Shown: one piece after another, positions 11,401-24,741 of the stretch
Layout: each line of letters starts with the position of its first letter
How positions within the stretch are numbered: position 1 is the stretch's first letter
Assembly: GCA_012295275.1 (NCBI GenBank)
Contig: CM022670.1
Location: 12,710,001-12,774,000 of the forward strand
From: Chrysomallon squamiferum
Taxonomy: Eukaryota > Animalia > Mollusca
Length of the DNA: 64,000 bases
Direction of reading: 5' to 3'
Program-made: the position numbers and the translations under genes
The notes under the pieces: generated by a model
What the model was told of the DNA's origin: nothing
The model's input: only the letters and a program-made list of their open reading frames with translations
Databases searched by the model: none

Positions 11401-14400
11401 TGACACTGCTAGTTTTCAGCTGGGATCAGAAATAAGGAAAAATAACAGTGCCTGATGAGTGACGAGTTTTTGTCAAGAGTTTAATCTTTTGTCCGAGGAT
11501 CTCTACTGATGAAATAAATAAAAAATAATACAAAATTGGGCTTGTTTCAAGTTCTGAAGCGTGTAAATGAGATTCGTAAGCAAACGAGGTAAAAGTCTAT
11601 CCTAGCTATTTACTGTAGTGTTAGTGAGACAGTAAGATCAGGCGAAAGAAAGAAAGAAAGGAGACGTATACTTCTACCTTCTACAAATGAGGTGTTAGCG
11701 TTTTCATTTGTTCATTACTCGTGTAAGAAAAAAGTTGGTATATTCGCTTTGCACATCTAACGCAGTAATGACCAGTCCATTTTCAGTATTAATCATTCAC
11801 ATTCTCTCTTCTTCGTGATTTTATCTTGTCTCGTTTTCACCCAGTGTCTCGTTCTCCCACCCAAACCCATCAATGTCAGAATTATAGATAGAACAATCCA
11901 TTTCAAGAACTCGATAATTAGATAATACGATCACAGATTAAGATAGTAGTTCTTTGTCTTTCTTTCTTTCTCTTTAACAAAAAAACAAAAACAAAAAAGA
12001 TAAGTAAGAACTACATTGATTATCTTATACAGAAAGCTAACGATCTACGTCAAACTTCTATTTTGCAATTTAAAAAAAGAAAAAAAAAAGAAAGATGGTT
12101 AAAGTAATGGATGATTGTTAAAACGAAGCCTGAACTCTAAATACTTTCTAGTTGGAACCGGCGCCACAGTCTTTATATGTTATGAAATGTCTCGTTCATT
12201 ATTTCTCATTTTAACTTCACCATTATCTCGAGAACTGGCTCGGCGTGCTGTATCAAAGATCTTCATGTTTACATCGGCCTCGAGGCTTCATCCTATAGAT
12301 GACATTTCCCTTGAATACTGTTACCTCAAATAACATTCACACTGCCTGCTGGTGCTGATCAATATTGTTATTTTGTTTTTCCCTCCGTTTCCACGGCATG
12401 CCTCGACATCGGTTAAAACCGTGCACTGTTCACTCATTGTTCGTGCGGTTTATGCATTTACTGTTTCTGTAACAATCTGCAGCTCGTCTCGTTAAATCTC
12501 TCACTACTGTAAATCACTTGACGTGGTCGCGGCCTTCCTCGGTTGGTTATCTGCTTTCACCGATGTAGTCTGAATAACGAGATAAGGGGGACCTCAAATG
12601 GCTTTTCAAAATGGCATCATCTCGCTGAACTGTGCGTGATTAAACTTCTGTCGTGTTTACTATCGTTATTATGAAACCATGAACGATAATCAGATTTTTC
12701 TCAGCTGGCTGAAGGTCACAAAACCCTTCTTTTTTTTTTTTTTTTTTCTGTAATCACAGAATAACAGCAAAGTGACTAACCGCTAAGACTGCTAACAAAA
12801 TATTGTTTTAGTTTTGTACGCTGAAGTTCCATCTCATTATAGAAGCATCTTTGACTGGGGAATTAATGTGCTGGTATCTTTGAAACGACGATATCTCGGT
12901 TTTATCTCAGTTGTAAATTATATTGTGTCTTCAAGGGAAGCTCTGCTACAGAGCAGATATGCAGATTTTTACTAACTTAGGAGGTTTTAAGACATATATT
13001 CTGGAAGTGTAGAAGATTTGTATTGTTTATGAATACCAATAGCAGTTTTCCGAAAATTTATTTATATGTCTGAGAAAAAAATGCAACCGAAGATACAAAA
13101 TGAATAGAAAAAAATAACGGTCTTGGAACAGAATCTAATATATGTAATCTATTATTATTAATTTTCGAGATCTTAATTTTCGCATCTTCAAATAACCTTC
13201 CGCCACAAACAATTCAGCTGTTTGTTAAATAATGTGAATTAATATTAAATATTTTATTTTAATTAAAGTTTAACCATTCCTTTGAGTGATAAATGCATAT
13301 TTATTACAAATTTTCTAAACGTAAAGCTCACAGTGTGAGAAACGCCTTTTTCTGTTTTCTCAGAAAATAATACGTATTTCCAAAGACACAGTATCGCTTG
13401 CTGCTTTACGTCATTAGGGTAGAAATGTTTTTGAAGTAAACCTCCGACTGACAATATGAACAGTACGAGTTTCATCCACCAGAAAAATAATCGTGGATCT
13501 TTCCCTGTATACTAAAAAACCAACAGAAAACTCAAATATCAGCCAAAACTAATACTAGCTGACACAGCTAATATCATTTTACTCATTAAGCTTCGCCTAA
13601 AGGCGAGCTATTTCCGTTGTTCTAAAGAGCATACGTAATTAATTTTATTATTTGATTTTAGGATAAGAAACCTGTGTCTCGTTAATATTAAAAACTGAAC
13701 CTAAGAAAATGCAGCACGTCTAAATTATCTTAGCATACTTGACTCATAATTCCTAGCATACTGTTCGGAAAAACGTTTGGCTGGGGTGTGGTATTCAGGA
13801 GATCAAACCTCCTCGCTGTGCAAAATGGCCATTTGCAGATGAAGCCAAAGTCTCGTGAATTGGTTTCCAAAGTCATAGATATATTAATAAATTAATTAAT
13901 ATTCATTTCTCTTTTTATTTCTTTTTCCTTTTTTTTTTCTTTTTTTTTTTTTATTTTTTTTTTTTTTTTTTTGTCGATATTCGAAAAACCAGTTCTGCCT
14001 GTTACAGTAATTAACTGTCATCAAATATAATTTTCTTAATTCAGAGTCTATATATAAAACATATTTTGCTAAGTTACTGCTTAGAACTGAGATAAAATCT
14101 TCTTGGGTTGTTTCTTACTTCAATAGACGGCTCTCTGTATTAAGACTTGCTTTAACCAGTAAAACTTCTGGCAGTGATAAGACGCACAAACAATTCGTTA
14201 TTGTCGAGTTGCCAAATACTCGACAATGTGTTTATCGGAAACAAGACAGCTTACACACTGAGTATTGAAAAAAACAGACTGATAAATATTTAATTAACAC
14301 AGTTCACCATGACAAACTATTTGCAAGGAAAACATCATGTTTAATATATTTCAACACCTTTGAATATTAACGATTAAGTCAGTCGACGTTAATGTATAAT

Positions 14401-14857
14401 GAAGACAGACAAAACACACTGGAGACAACAATAAATCTTTTTATATGTTTTTTTTTTGTTGTTGTTGTTGTTGTTTAGATGAAAGAATATACTTCAATCT
14501 ATAATAGGTCTTTAATTCTTCGTATTTAACCGATAAATTCACAGAGTTTACAGGATCAAACACTGTTTCATATTCCTATTACAGTCCGATTAATGTAATA
14601 TCGTGTGTATAAGAGATTCCTTTACTACTGACTTGAAAAAAAATAAAACACTGGATATTGCTTCTCTCTCGCTGTTTTATGAAAAAAAAAAAAAAGTTAC
14701 AAAACAATCAAGTGAACGACAAAATCATCGGTAACATAGGGGGTTGTTTGTTATTGGTTTTGTCTTGTTTTCCGTTTTGTTTTGTTTGTTTGTGGTTGTT
14801 GTTTTTCAAAATCTTTTTGAGGGCTGTTCTGGGTTATTATTTATATATTTATTAAAA

Positions 14858-14892
<35 letters not shown>

Positions 14893-17800
14893 TATAAATT
14901 ACATTCCTCCTTTTCCTTTCCTGTTGGATGTCTAGACAGTTATAAATTAATGAAAATAAAAAAAAATAAAAACTGTAGTGAAATAATTAAGGTTAGACGC
15001 TGATGTCACGATGCGATCCAGGCAGCTATCGGCGATAATTAAAAACATCGCTATAGAGCTGATACCAGCTAGACATGGAAGCGCTAAGTGAACCGCTTCC
15101 CTGGCAAATGCTGCATTGGGTTAATAACTAATATTAGTTTAACTAATTATTTTTCCTCAGAGACGCTGATAAATTAGATGAAGAAACAAGAAATCAAATA
15201 AGAACGAGACATCAATCACTGCATGTCGAAAACAACATCATCCATGAACATTCGACAAATCCGTCCGTGACCTTCTCGTTATTCCGCTTAACACACTACA
15301 CACAGTTTAATGTAAGAGGGCCGTGAACTCCGACCCCGTAACGGTAAACATGCCAAGCGAATAGTTTTCAGCTGAGGCTTGAAAATTAAATTCATTCGTC
15401 GCTTGAGTTTTGTATGTAGGAGTAAAATAGTCAGCTGGAGTTTGAGTTCGTTCTCAGGTCAGTTCGAAAACATCTTCTTAATGGTGTGACTATCTTTTCA
15501 GAAGCGAAAATAAAGAAGTATTGAAGAAGAAGATAGCTCGGATAGAGAATGCTGGTATTAGAATTCAGTTGTATTTTGGGTTTGTTCAGAAGCGCCGTTT
15601 TATGATTTACATTATTCTGTGATTTAAAAGATGAACCTCATATAATAACAATACTGTAATAGCAGTAACAGTTGTATTGGTAGGATAGTAGTAGTAATAG
15701 TGATCGTAGTAGTAGTATAGTAGTAGTGATCTTAGTAGCAGTATAGTAGTAATAGTAGTAGCAGCAGTATTAAAAGTGGTATAGCAGTAACGCGAGTGCA
15801 TATAAATAGTTTTACCATCATTTCATTTGACGATTTAAGCGTTTAACGTTTACGCTTTTGGATATCAAATAATGGCAATGTTCTTGAAACACGACACACC
15901 CATTAAGCCAAATTCCCGTTCCAGACAATCCACTAACTTAGCATTTACTAAAGGCTTTTCCTATGCGCTTTTTTGTTTATGGATTAAAATGTTCTTCTGT
16001 GTTAATCGATAACGTTAGCTCATTTAGAAAGCGGATGTTATTTTTCAAAAGACAGTATAACGAAATGTTCTCTCTACCTGTTATTATTTTCTCATTCATT
16101 TGCTGAAATCAATGTCTAAATAGAGAAAACCGCCACAGACTGCAGTCGTTTCCTATGATTAAACTTAGCATCCATTAAACTGATTCTGTTTCGGTCGCAA
16201 GTGCGCTCTCTGACGTTAAAACGTAAAAAGACTGTTTAAACATTTTAAAAAATATGTGGTTGTTTTTAAAAAAAGAAAAAGAAAATGAAAAGTAAGAAAG
16301 GAAAAATGTGAAACGAAAATCGAGAAATTTCAGTTTTTTATTTGTTGTATTTTTTATTATTTTTGTTTTTATTTATTTCTTTTAGTTTTTTTTTTTGTTT
16401 TTTTCTGGTTTTTTCTTTAATTATTATTATTTTTATGAAACGACACAAATGTTAGAATTTTTTTTTTCAATGTATATTATCTGATTGTTTTTTATTGCAA
16501 ATAGTACGACATTTTTTTGTTGTTTTTTTCGATTTTCCGATGTTTTGTTTCTCGTAATGATCATATTATTTTTTTATTATTTCCGGAAGCCAAAAAATGT
16601 CAGTTTTTCTTCTTTTTTAATTTAATTATTTATTTTACTAACTTTTTATTTCTTTTTTTTTTTTTTTTTTTTTTGTTAGTCATAATCAAATTTAGTTATG
16701 TATCTTTAATGTAGACTATATTACTGTATTTAGTTGTGGGTTTTTTTCTGTTATATTTAAATTTTTATGTGTGGGATGTTTTTTGTGCGATATTCTACTC
16801 TTTTTTCAAATCGATTAATATGTTTTTTTGCGTGCGTGTGTGTGTGTGTGTGTGTGCGGGTGTGGGTGTGTGTGGGTGTGTGTGTGGGTATGTGTGCTGG
16901 TGTTCTTTGCCTCTGGAGAAGTGGCTGACAGGATTTTTATTCACTCCTGTTTTTCCTTTTTTTTAAATTTTGAATTATTTTCTTTCTTAATTTGGTATTT
17001 GCAAGATTTTAATGAAGAGTTTTTTTATACTGAAATCATTTCAACCAAACTGAATGTAAATTTAATTAAAGTAAAAAAAAAAAAAAAAAAAAAAAATGAT
17101 TTATTTAATTCAATTTGAATATCTCCACGACGTTCGAATTAATCTTATTTGTTTTTTGGGATTCTTTTATTTAATTTTTTTTTTTTTTTTTTTTTTTTAA
17201 TTTTATTTAATTTTTTTTTTTCAACAGTTTTAAACGCTTTTTTCCTAATCAGTCTCGTATAAATCTATTTTATCTTAGCTTTTGGCATCTTATAAACGAA
17301 ATCGATAATCACACCTGCTAACAGCACTTAAATGCTGTACCTTATTAACAGCAGTTATTTCACTGAAATCCATGTAGCGACTGAAAGACTACAGGTAAAA
17401 ATCGAAGTAAAATATTTCAGTGAGAAAGCGTTAAGCCGTTATACAGAGACTTGTGTCTGTAGATTATACTGTGCCTTTGAAACGAGAACACTTTGAAGAT
17501 TCAAAGACGTCTGTCGTGAGGTCTGGATAAAGCATAAAACTCTCTACCTAAGATGTTGTTTTTTAGAGTGAAAATTAGTTTGAAGAGAGAGTGTAGTGCT
17601 CATAAACGTTTACACTTGGCTGTGTGTAAGATACTGGTGGGTACATATGAACTCAGAACTAGACAGTTTTGAGGTCATCGCCTTAGACCGTAATGATAGA
17701 TCGGTTTTGTGTTAATTTTAAGCAAATATGTCTTCTCGTCCCAAAACAGTCTTTTTAATTTAATGACCTTACCTTAGACAAACATGTTTTCCATTTGGGT

Positions 17801-18587
17801 TTATTTCATTATACAATCTGAACTCCGCTGTCAGTTTATCAAAAACAGCGTTTTGTTGCTTTGCTTTCTTTTTCTGCTTTTTTGCTTTCGTGGGTTTTTT
17901 TTCCCTGTTTTGGGGTAAGTGCAAATAAAATAGATGTCGCTGCTGATCAATAAAAGTAGCCCGAGTTAAAACAGCAGTGAGAATCGTCCTTTGTGTCGTC
18001 ATGTTTTATAGCAGTGCTTAACGAAACAGTATTTTTGAGAATTTATTACTTCGATTTTTCAATATTACTATACTGCTAACTTAACTGTTTCTATATAGAT
18101 TTATATATGAACAGCAGTCGTATCTGAAGAGAAGAAGATATCATTTATTATTAGTTTGACGTACACGCTGTTTATTAAATGAGAACAAAAATTAAATGAT
18201 TTTCATAAAGAAATTTGAAGAAAAAGAAAATGATATGATAAATTACAGGTACGGCAAACATACAATATTTTTGAAATGATCCATTTTTGAGTATGAAAAC
18301 AAACAAACTAAAAAACTAAATTTATATATATCCTCATAAAAGCTCCACCTACAAAAACAAAAACAAACGTTCTTACAAAATAATAATACAAATAAGGAAC
18401 GTGTGTGTTTCAGGATTGTATATAAAAGCCTGATCGTAACACGGTTAGTAAAGCAATAAAAAAAAACCCAGGTTTTCAGGTGAGCGAACCTTTATGTTAA
18501 AAATAATTCTGAAAAATGAACGGGAGTGCATTTGTAGGTAATGCTTTACAAATAAGGCAACAAATATTATCATGATTTGTTTCCTTT

Positions 18588-18647
18588 TCTTTTTCTTCTT
18601 CTTCTTCTTCTTCTTCTTCGTATTATTATTATTATTATTATTATTAA

Positions 18648-18684
<37 letters not shown>

Positions 18685-18690
18685 GCTATT
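18588..18690 (+). repeat. Compound (TTC)n(ATT)n(TTG)n microsatellite
   Basis: Directly visible. Confidence 0.9.
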
Positions 18691-19262
18691 ACTGTTTATT
18701 TGTTTATTTATTTATTTGTTTGTTTTTAATCTCTTTTCTTTTTCCTATTTTCTTTTCTTGTCTGTTAGATTTTTTCCCACTATGAAACAGAAAATACGAT
18801 AACATTTCTTTCACGGAAACAGACAGCTTCTGTTTATTTCGTGGACTCTTCCCAGGAAAACGCAGATGTTTATCCGTCACAACCAGAATGGCGTCCCTTG
18901 ATAATAAAATAGTATTAAAAAAAACTCTTCTACATGGTTAGAGTTGTGTTTTACACATAGAAAATTACTTTTAAATTTTCGAGTTCTTGTCGACAGTCGA
19001 TCCCAGAAACCACAATGAGGCTAACGAGAACTTTGTCAATTTACATACACTTATACTGTCAGAAACATGTTTTTCATTCTTTTTTTATTGTTTTGCTAAC
19101 CCAGATTAGAGTATTAGTAAATATTTCTTTATTCTAAAAGTTCAAGCATTGGCTGTCACAGAGTAGTTGACAAACACTTGATTTTCTTAGTATTTACTCT
19201 GATCTTCTACGTGTCGATTAATCAGTATTTTAGTTTGTAATCAATTAAATAAATACCAGATT

Positions 19263-19323
<61 letters not shown>

Positions 19324-19700
19324 CCCTTCCTTCTGACTTTTATTACACAATCCTATATCTGTCTCTGACTACGTAAAATTATGTACATATGTGTATATAT
19401 ATATATATATGTGTGAATGTATATGTTTGTATGTATGTATTTATATGTGTTTGTATGTGTGTGTGTATGTACGTACGTATGTATATATATATATATGTGT
19501 ATGTGTGTTTGTTCTTTTGCCTGTTTGTACTTTTTCCCCTTCTGTCTTTCCTTTTTGAAATATAAAATCACGAACTCACTCTTTCATTAGTAATAAATTA
19601 AGTTAAGAACATTTCGTTGAAATTACAAAAAATAATAAATGAATAAATAAATAAAATAGAGAGAAGAAACTCACCTAGCTGTTTAATAATTATATATATT

Positions 19701-19712
19701 AATAATAATAAT

Positions 19713-19787
<75 letters not shown>
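19701..19787 (+). repeat. (AAT)n(AAC)n(AAT)n microsatellite
   Basis: Directly visible. Confidence 0.95.
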
Positions 19788-19788
<1 letters not shown>

Positions 19789-21923
19789 TAATTACAATAA
19801 TTACAAATATACAATTGTTTAGGGATGTTAATACATCTGTAGATTTTAATTATCGAATAATTTATATTTTTCCTTATGTTTAAACTGAATTACATTATCA
19901 AGCAAACGAGCAATTAAGAAGTTAAAACGAAAACAAACAACTTCCTATCTGTGCTGTACATCTTTGCAGTTTTTACAGAAAGCTAAATCTGGAAAAGTAA
20001 ATCAGTGTCATTCGTCTAAACATTGCATAAAGAAAACGCAGGTGCATGCATATTTATGGTCTAGATAGATACACTGTCACAGTTACAGGTGCCCAGAATT
20101 TATAGTCACTTTAGTTTCCTTATAACCTTAGGAGAAAATTGTATAGGTAATCACCGATTTATTTTTAACACCGGAGTTTAACCAAGTGGTATAATGAGAA
20201 CTGTAAGATTTTCTTTTTTTTTTCTTCTTGAAAACTGGTTATAAATATGAAAAATTATTAAGACAGACTAATTAAATGCATTTCCGTTGATAAATTAAAA
20301 TCTAAAGAGAACCATAGGTTGTGTATGTGATGAACAACGAACAGATTCATAAACATTAATTAGCTGTATTGTGTTGTGTTTGGAGTACGAGTTTGTGTTG
20401 TTGTTTTTGTTGTTGTTTTGTTGTTGTTTTTTCGTATTTTGTATTTATTTGTTTTTTGTTTCAATCCGTTTGTGCGTGAGGGCGAGAGAAAGAGAGAGAG
20501 AAGATAAATATATGTATACATACATAGATATACAGCCAAACTGCGAGCAAGTGAAAGACAGGGAGACAGAGAAAGAAAAGAAGACAGAGACTGATAGAGA
20601 CGAAGACAGGGAAAGAAAGGGGAGGAAAATACAGAGAAACGTGGGAAGAAACAGAAAAAACAAATATACGAGCTCAACGTTTTCAAATAATCTCTATGTG
20701 TAAATAAAATTATTACGAAATAAAGAAAATAAGTCAAACAGCTACTTAATAAAAAGCTAAGTTATCCACAGTTTAGCAAATCATAACTAAATGTTCTTTA
20801 GATTGGTAAATCGTGAACATGTGACTGGCCTGAAGCAAGATTATAATTTTTAAGATAATTTCTGGTAAACTGAAAATAATGAAGACGATATCAAAATGGC
20901 GACTGCTGTGTTGATACATATTTTAGATGGATTTTCTTTCTTTTTTTCTGTTGCTTTATTTTATTTTATTTTATTTTTATTTTGTTTGTTTGTTTTATTT
21001 ATTCTGTTTTTGAGTATTTTAATTTCTGTCTATTTTTTTAAATTTTACATATTTATTTATTTGTTGTTATTGTTGTTGCTTTGAAGCTGTCAACATCTGA
21101 GAAAAATTATCGTATACTACTTTTAGAACAGACAGTAACGACTGAAACATCTGCACCACAGATAAAACGAGAAAACAAAAAAAAAAAGAAAGAAAGAAAT
21201 ATCCGAGGGCTAGTATTAAATCAAAGTCGGAAAAAAGCGACACATCACGGAAAAAACCGACATGTCACGAACAAACATCCCATTTCCAACAGCCAAATGG
21301 TTTATTCTCAGGATAAGATACTTTTCGCAAATAACGCAGTTAACAGTGTTTAGTGTCAAGCGGTAAGTTATTTGCGTGACGTAATGACGTAATGCGGGCA
21401 AGCAAATTAAAAGTAACGGCTACGTAAACTCATTAAGGTGATCCTTATATAGATGAGAAAGACGTCAGCCATTCATCTTCCGAAGCCTCACGAAACGGGT
21501 CGATATTAAACGAAATGGGTCGATACTGCACTAAGCGGATCGATGTGAAATTGAGTTGTGAATTTCAGGTCTTTTCTAAACTTCTTTCCGGCTTCAGTAC
21601 AAATCACAGACAAAGAGAGTTTTAAGAGAGTTAGAGTGAGAAAGAGACGGACGGGAGGTAAAAGTAGGAGAAGGAGAAGGGAAGGAGGATGAGGAGGCGG
21701 AGGAGAAGAAGAAGAAGACGAAGAAGGAGTACTGATGTGATGATAATGGTTATGATGATGTGTCACTTGGAGAAAAAGAAAAAATACTGAGAGACTGAAA
21801 GAATAAAGAGACAGAGAAGGATAGAGAAAGTGATAGAAACAGAAAAAGAGGGGGAGAGAAAAATTGACACAGAAATAGTGAAGGAGGAAGAGACAGAGAG
21901 ACAGAGGGCGATGAAAGGAGCTG

Positions 21924-21928
<5 letters not shown>

Positions 21929-22002
<74 letters not shown>
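21929..22002 (+). repeat. (AG)n microsatellite ending a long purine-rich low-complexity tract (~21610-22002)
   Basis: Directly visible. Confidence 0.95.
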
Positions 22003-22005
<3 letters not shown>

Positions 22006-22642
22006 TTCGTAAGTAAATGAAAGTAAAAAGTGATGACATTAGCATGTGAATTATTATTAACTGTTACGATCATCGAGTTTAACATTTACCTTTTATGTCT
22101 GGCTTAACAATTTCTATGATATCTATAATCTACCATTAAACTGTATCTATAATTGACATTAGACACACACATAAACACTCACACAAACATACACACACAT
22201 ACACACTCACAGATTCTCACAGACACAGACACACTCACACACACGAGAGAGGGTTATAGGAACATATTTCTTTTGTCCGTGTTTTACACCATCTATGTCT
22301 ACTACACAGATAATTTTTTACGTTTGCCTTTTTCAGTTTATTAACAAAGTTGGTTGTAATTCAGAAGTAGAGCTTTTACCTAATTTCAAACCAGTGTGAA
22401 GTACAGATATATATGCAATACTGATATATGCGAATGTGAATACTGCTAATTAGTAAGAATTCTCCATTATACCACAGTACAATAGAAACAGCAGAGGTGA
22501 GATCTTATGTATACACTTAAAAATCACCTCATTTCTTAGTCGATTGACTGAAATGTCTGTTGAAATTTATAGCTTGAATTTCAAAGATGTTTTAACATTA
22601 TAAACACACCTGTTTTCTTCTTTAAGTTTTTTTTTCTTTATA

Positions 22643-22678
<36 letters not shown>

Positions 22679-24658
22679 CTATTATATTTTTTTTTTTTTT
22701 TTTATTTATTTCATTTCAAATTTCAATTCTTTCTTTTCACTTTCTCTTCTTTTAAAAAAAAAAAAGTATTTTGTAAAGACTTATCATAGCTACTCTTGAA
22801 CTGAAATATTGGCATATCGGATTAGAAAACACGAGGAGAACGGGTTTGACTGAAAGGCTCTTTATGAGAAGTGACAGCGTAAAAAGATAATTTCTTTGGA
22901 AGATGTTTTGTATCCACTGTTAGAAAAGAGCCTGTAATGAGCTAGTTTTCTTGTTAGTAAGACGACCAGACACGTCACTCTGTAATCGTTTCATCTGGGT
23001 TTTTTGTGTGACAGAACTGTCAGTTAGAGGTTTACTTAGAACCTCTTCCGTAGTCCTAGTGTGAGTTCGCGTGAGCGAGAGATACAGCTAGAATATGGAT
23101 AAGAGATAAGTATTGACACAGTGGACAGATAGATAATAAATCGATCGATCGATCTTGAAGAGCCATGGTTCAATGGTTGGACGGATGAGTAGATGGATGG
23201 ACAGGCCAATGGGTTGTTTAGTCGGCCAGAGAGAAGAAAAGAAAAGCGATGTTCTCAATTAGATATAGGTTGACTAATGGACCGAGCTCGACAGAAATAT
23301 GGATGGATGGATGAGAATACGGAAGCATGGTCGGATTGACATACAGTGCGGAAAAAAATTCTAAATTTAAAAAATGTATTTGGCCTTGACGGAAGGAGGA
23401 GCAATGAAGCATACAAATGAGTCTATCTAAACAGTTCACAGGCAAAACAACAACATCAGTTAATTAGAAAATCCACTTAAAGTGCCTCCCCACACGAAGT
23501 GATTACAAATTAGGCGAGGTGAAAGAATTGTCAGCACTTAAATCGAGTTGTCAGGTTATCTGGAAATTCTGCGTCAACTACATCTGACATACTCGCCCCT
23601 TGTATATGCGATCACTTAACGAACACATATATCCACTTGTTTTATTTGCATAAATGTGATTAGAAGATGGTTACTGAAAGTTGAGAAGTTGAAGCAAGTG
23701 ATATAAATTCAACCTGGCCTGTAAATGTTAAGTTATACGTATATCATTCTACTGCCTTCTTCTTCTTCGTCTTCTTCTTCTTCTTCTTCTTCTTCTTAAT
23801 ATTATTATTAGTAGAAATAGTAGCAGTAGAAGAAGTAGTAGTGGTAGTAGTTGTGTAACTATTACTATTGTTGTTGTTGTTGTATGTTGTAGTATTATAT
23901 TAGATACCTATACTTTATTTTCATGTTCCAAGACGTAACAGCTACTATTACTGTAACGAAACCACAACGATTTTTTCTGCTAACATTACTACTACATGTA
24001 TTACTGCTACTATTATTACCACCACTGCTGCAGAAGCTCGTATCACTGATGGTCCTGCTACTTCTGCTACTACAACTTCAAAAACAACAGCTGCTACTAC
24101 ATTTGCTGCCGAAACTGACCTTGGTGCTTCTACTATTACTATTACTGCTGTTGTTATTTTAAAATTATATCCTGTTGTCTCCTGCTCCTCCGACTTCTGC
24201 TAATGCATATTTTGCTCCTTTTCCCTTTAATCGTCGTCGTCTTCTTGCTGTTATCATCATCATTAACATAACCATCCACATCACCATCATCTCCAGCCTC
24301 TAAAGATGCACAATCAGCAGAACATCAATGACAACACGATAACGAAATAAATCAGGAATTTGTGAGACTTCACTACCAGTCACATTGGCTATTAACGTCT
24401 CCTTTTCATAACTTACTCCAACAAAGTAAAAAAACACACACGCTGACGGTAGTGCCCGCTGTAGAGCTATTAAAGCATATTGCTCTCGATTAATATCACA
24501 CAAATAAATGTTTTCGTTTGTCCAAGATGCTTTATTATTGATTGGGGCGAGATGATAGAGTGTTTTTCTAAAGCGTTGCATTCTTTAAGTCTGTTATTAT
24601 AAACTGAGGTTGAGAAATACGATGAAGTTTGATAATTGAATGTTAGTCTTTCATATAT

Positions 24659-24660
<2 letters not shown>

Positions 24661-24738
<78 letters not shown>
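24661..24738 (+). repeat. (CT)n microsatellite
   Basis: Directly visible. Confidence 0.95.

Positions 24739-24741
<3 letters not shown>

Noticed and set aside
12479-12492. AGCTCGTCTC resembling part of miR-993
   Set aside because: Only about 10 nt match and no precursor hairpin.
14200-14227. Perfect 10-bp hairpin ATTGTCGAGT/ACTCGACAAT (similar 9-bp stem at 59374-59398)
   Set aside because: One or two such stems are expected by chance in 64 kb of AT-rich DNA, and there is no supporting context.
19669-19681. Minus-strand CAG-CTAG|GTGAGT as a recursive splice site or micro-exon
   Set aside because: No polypyrimidine tract upstream; the context is a microsatellite.
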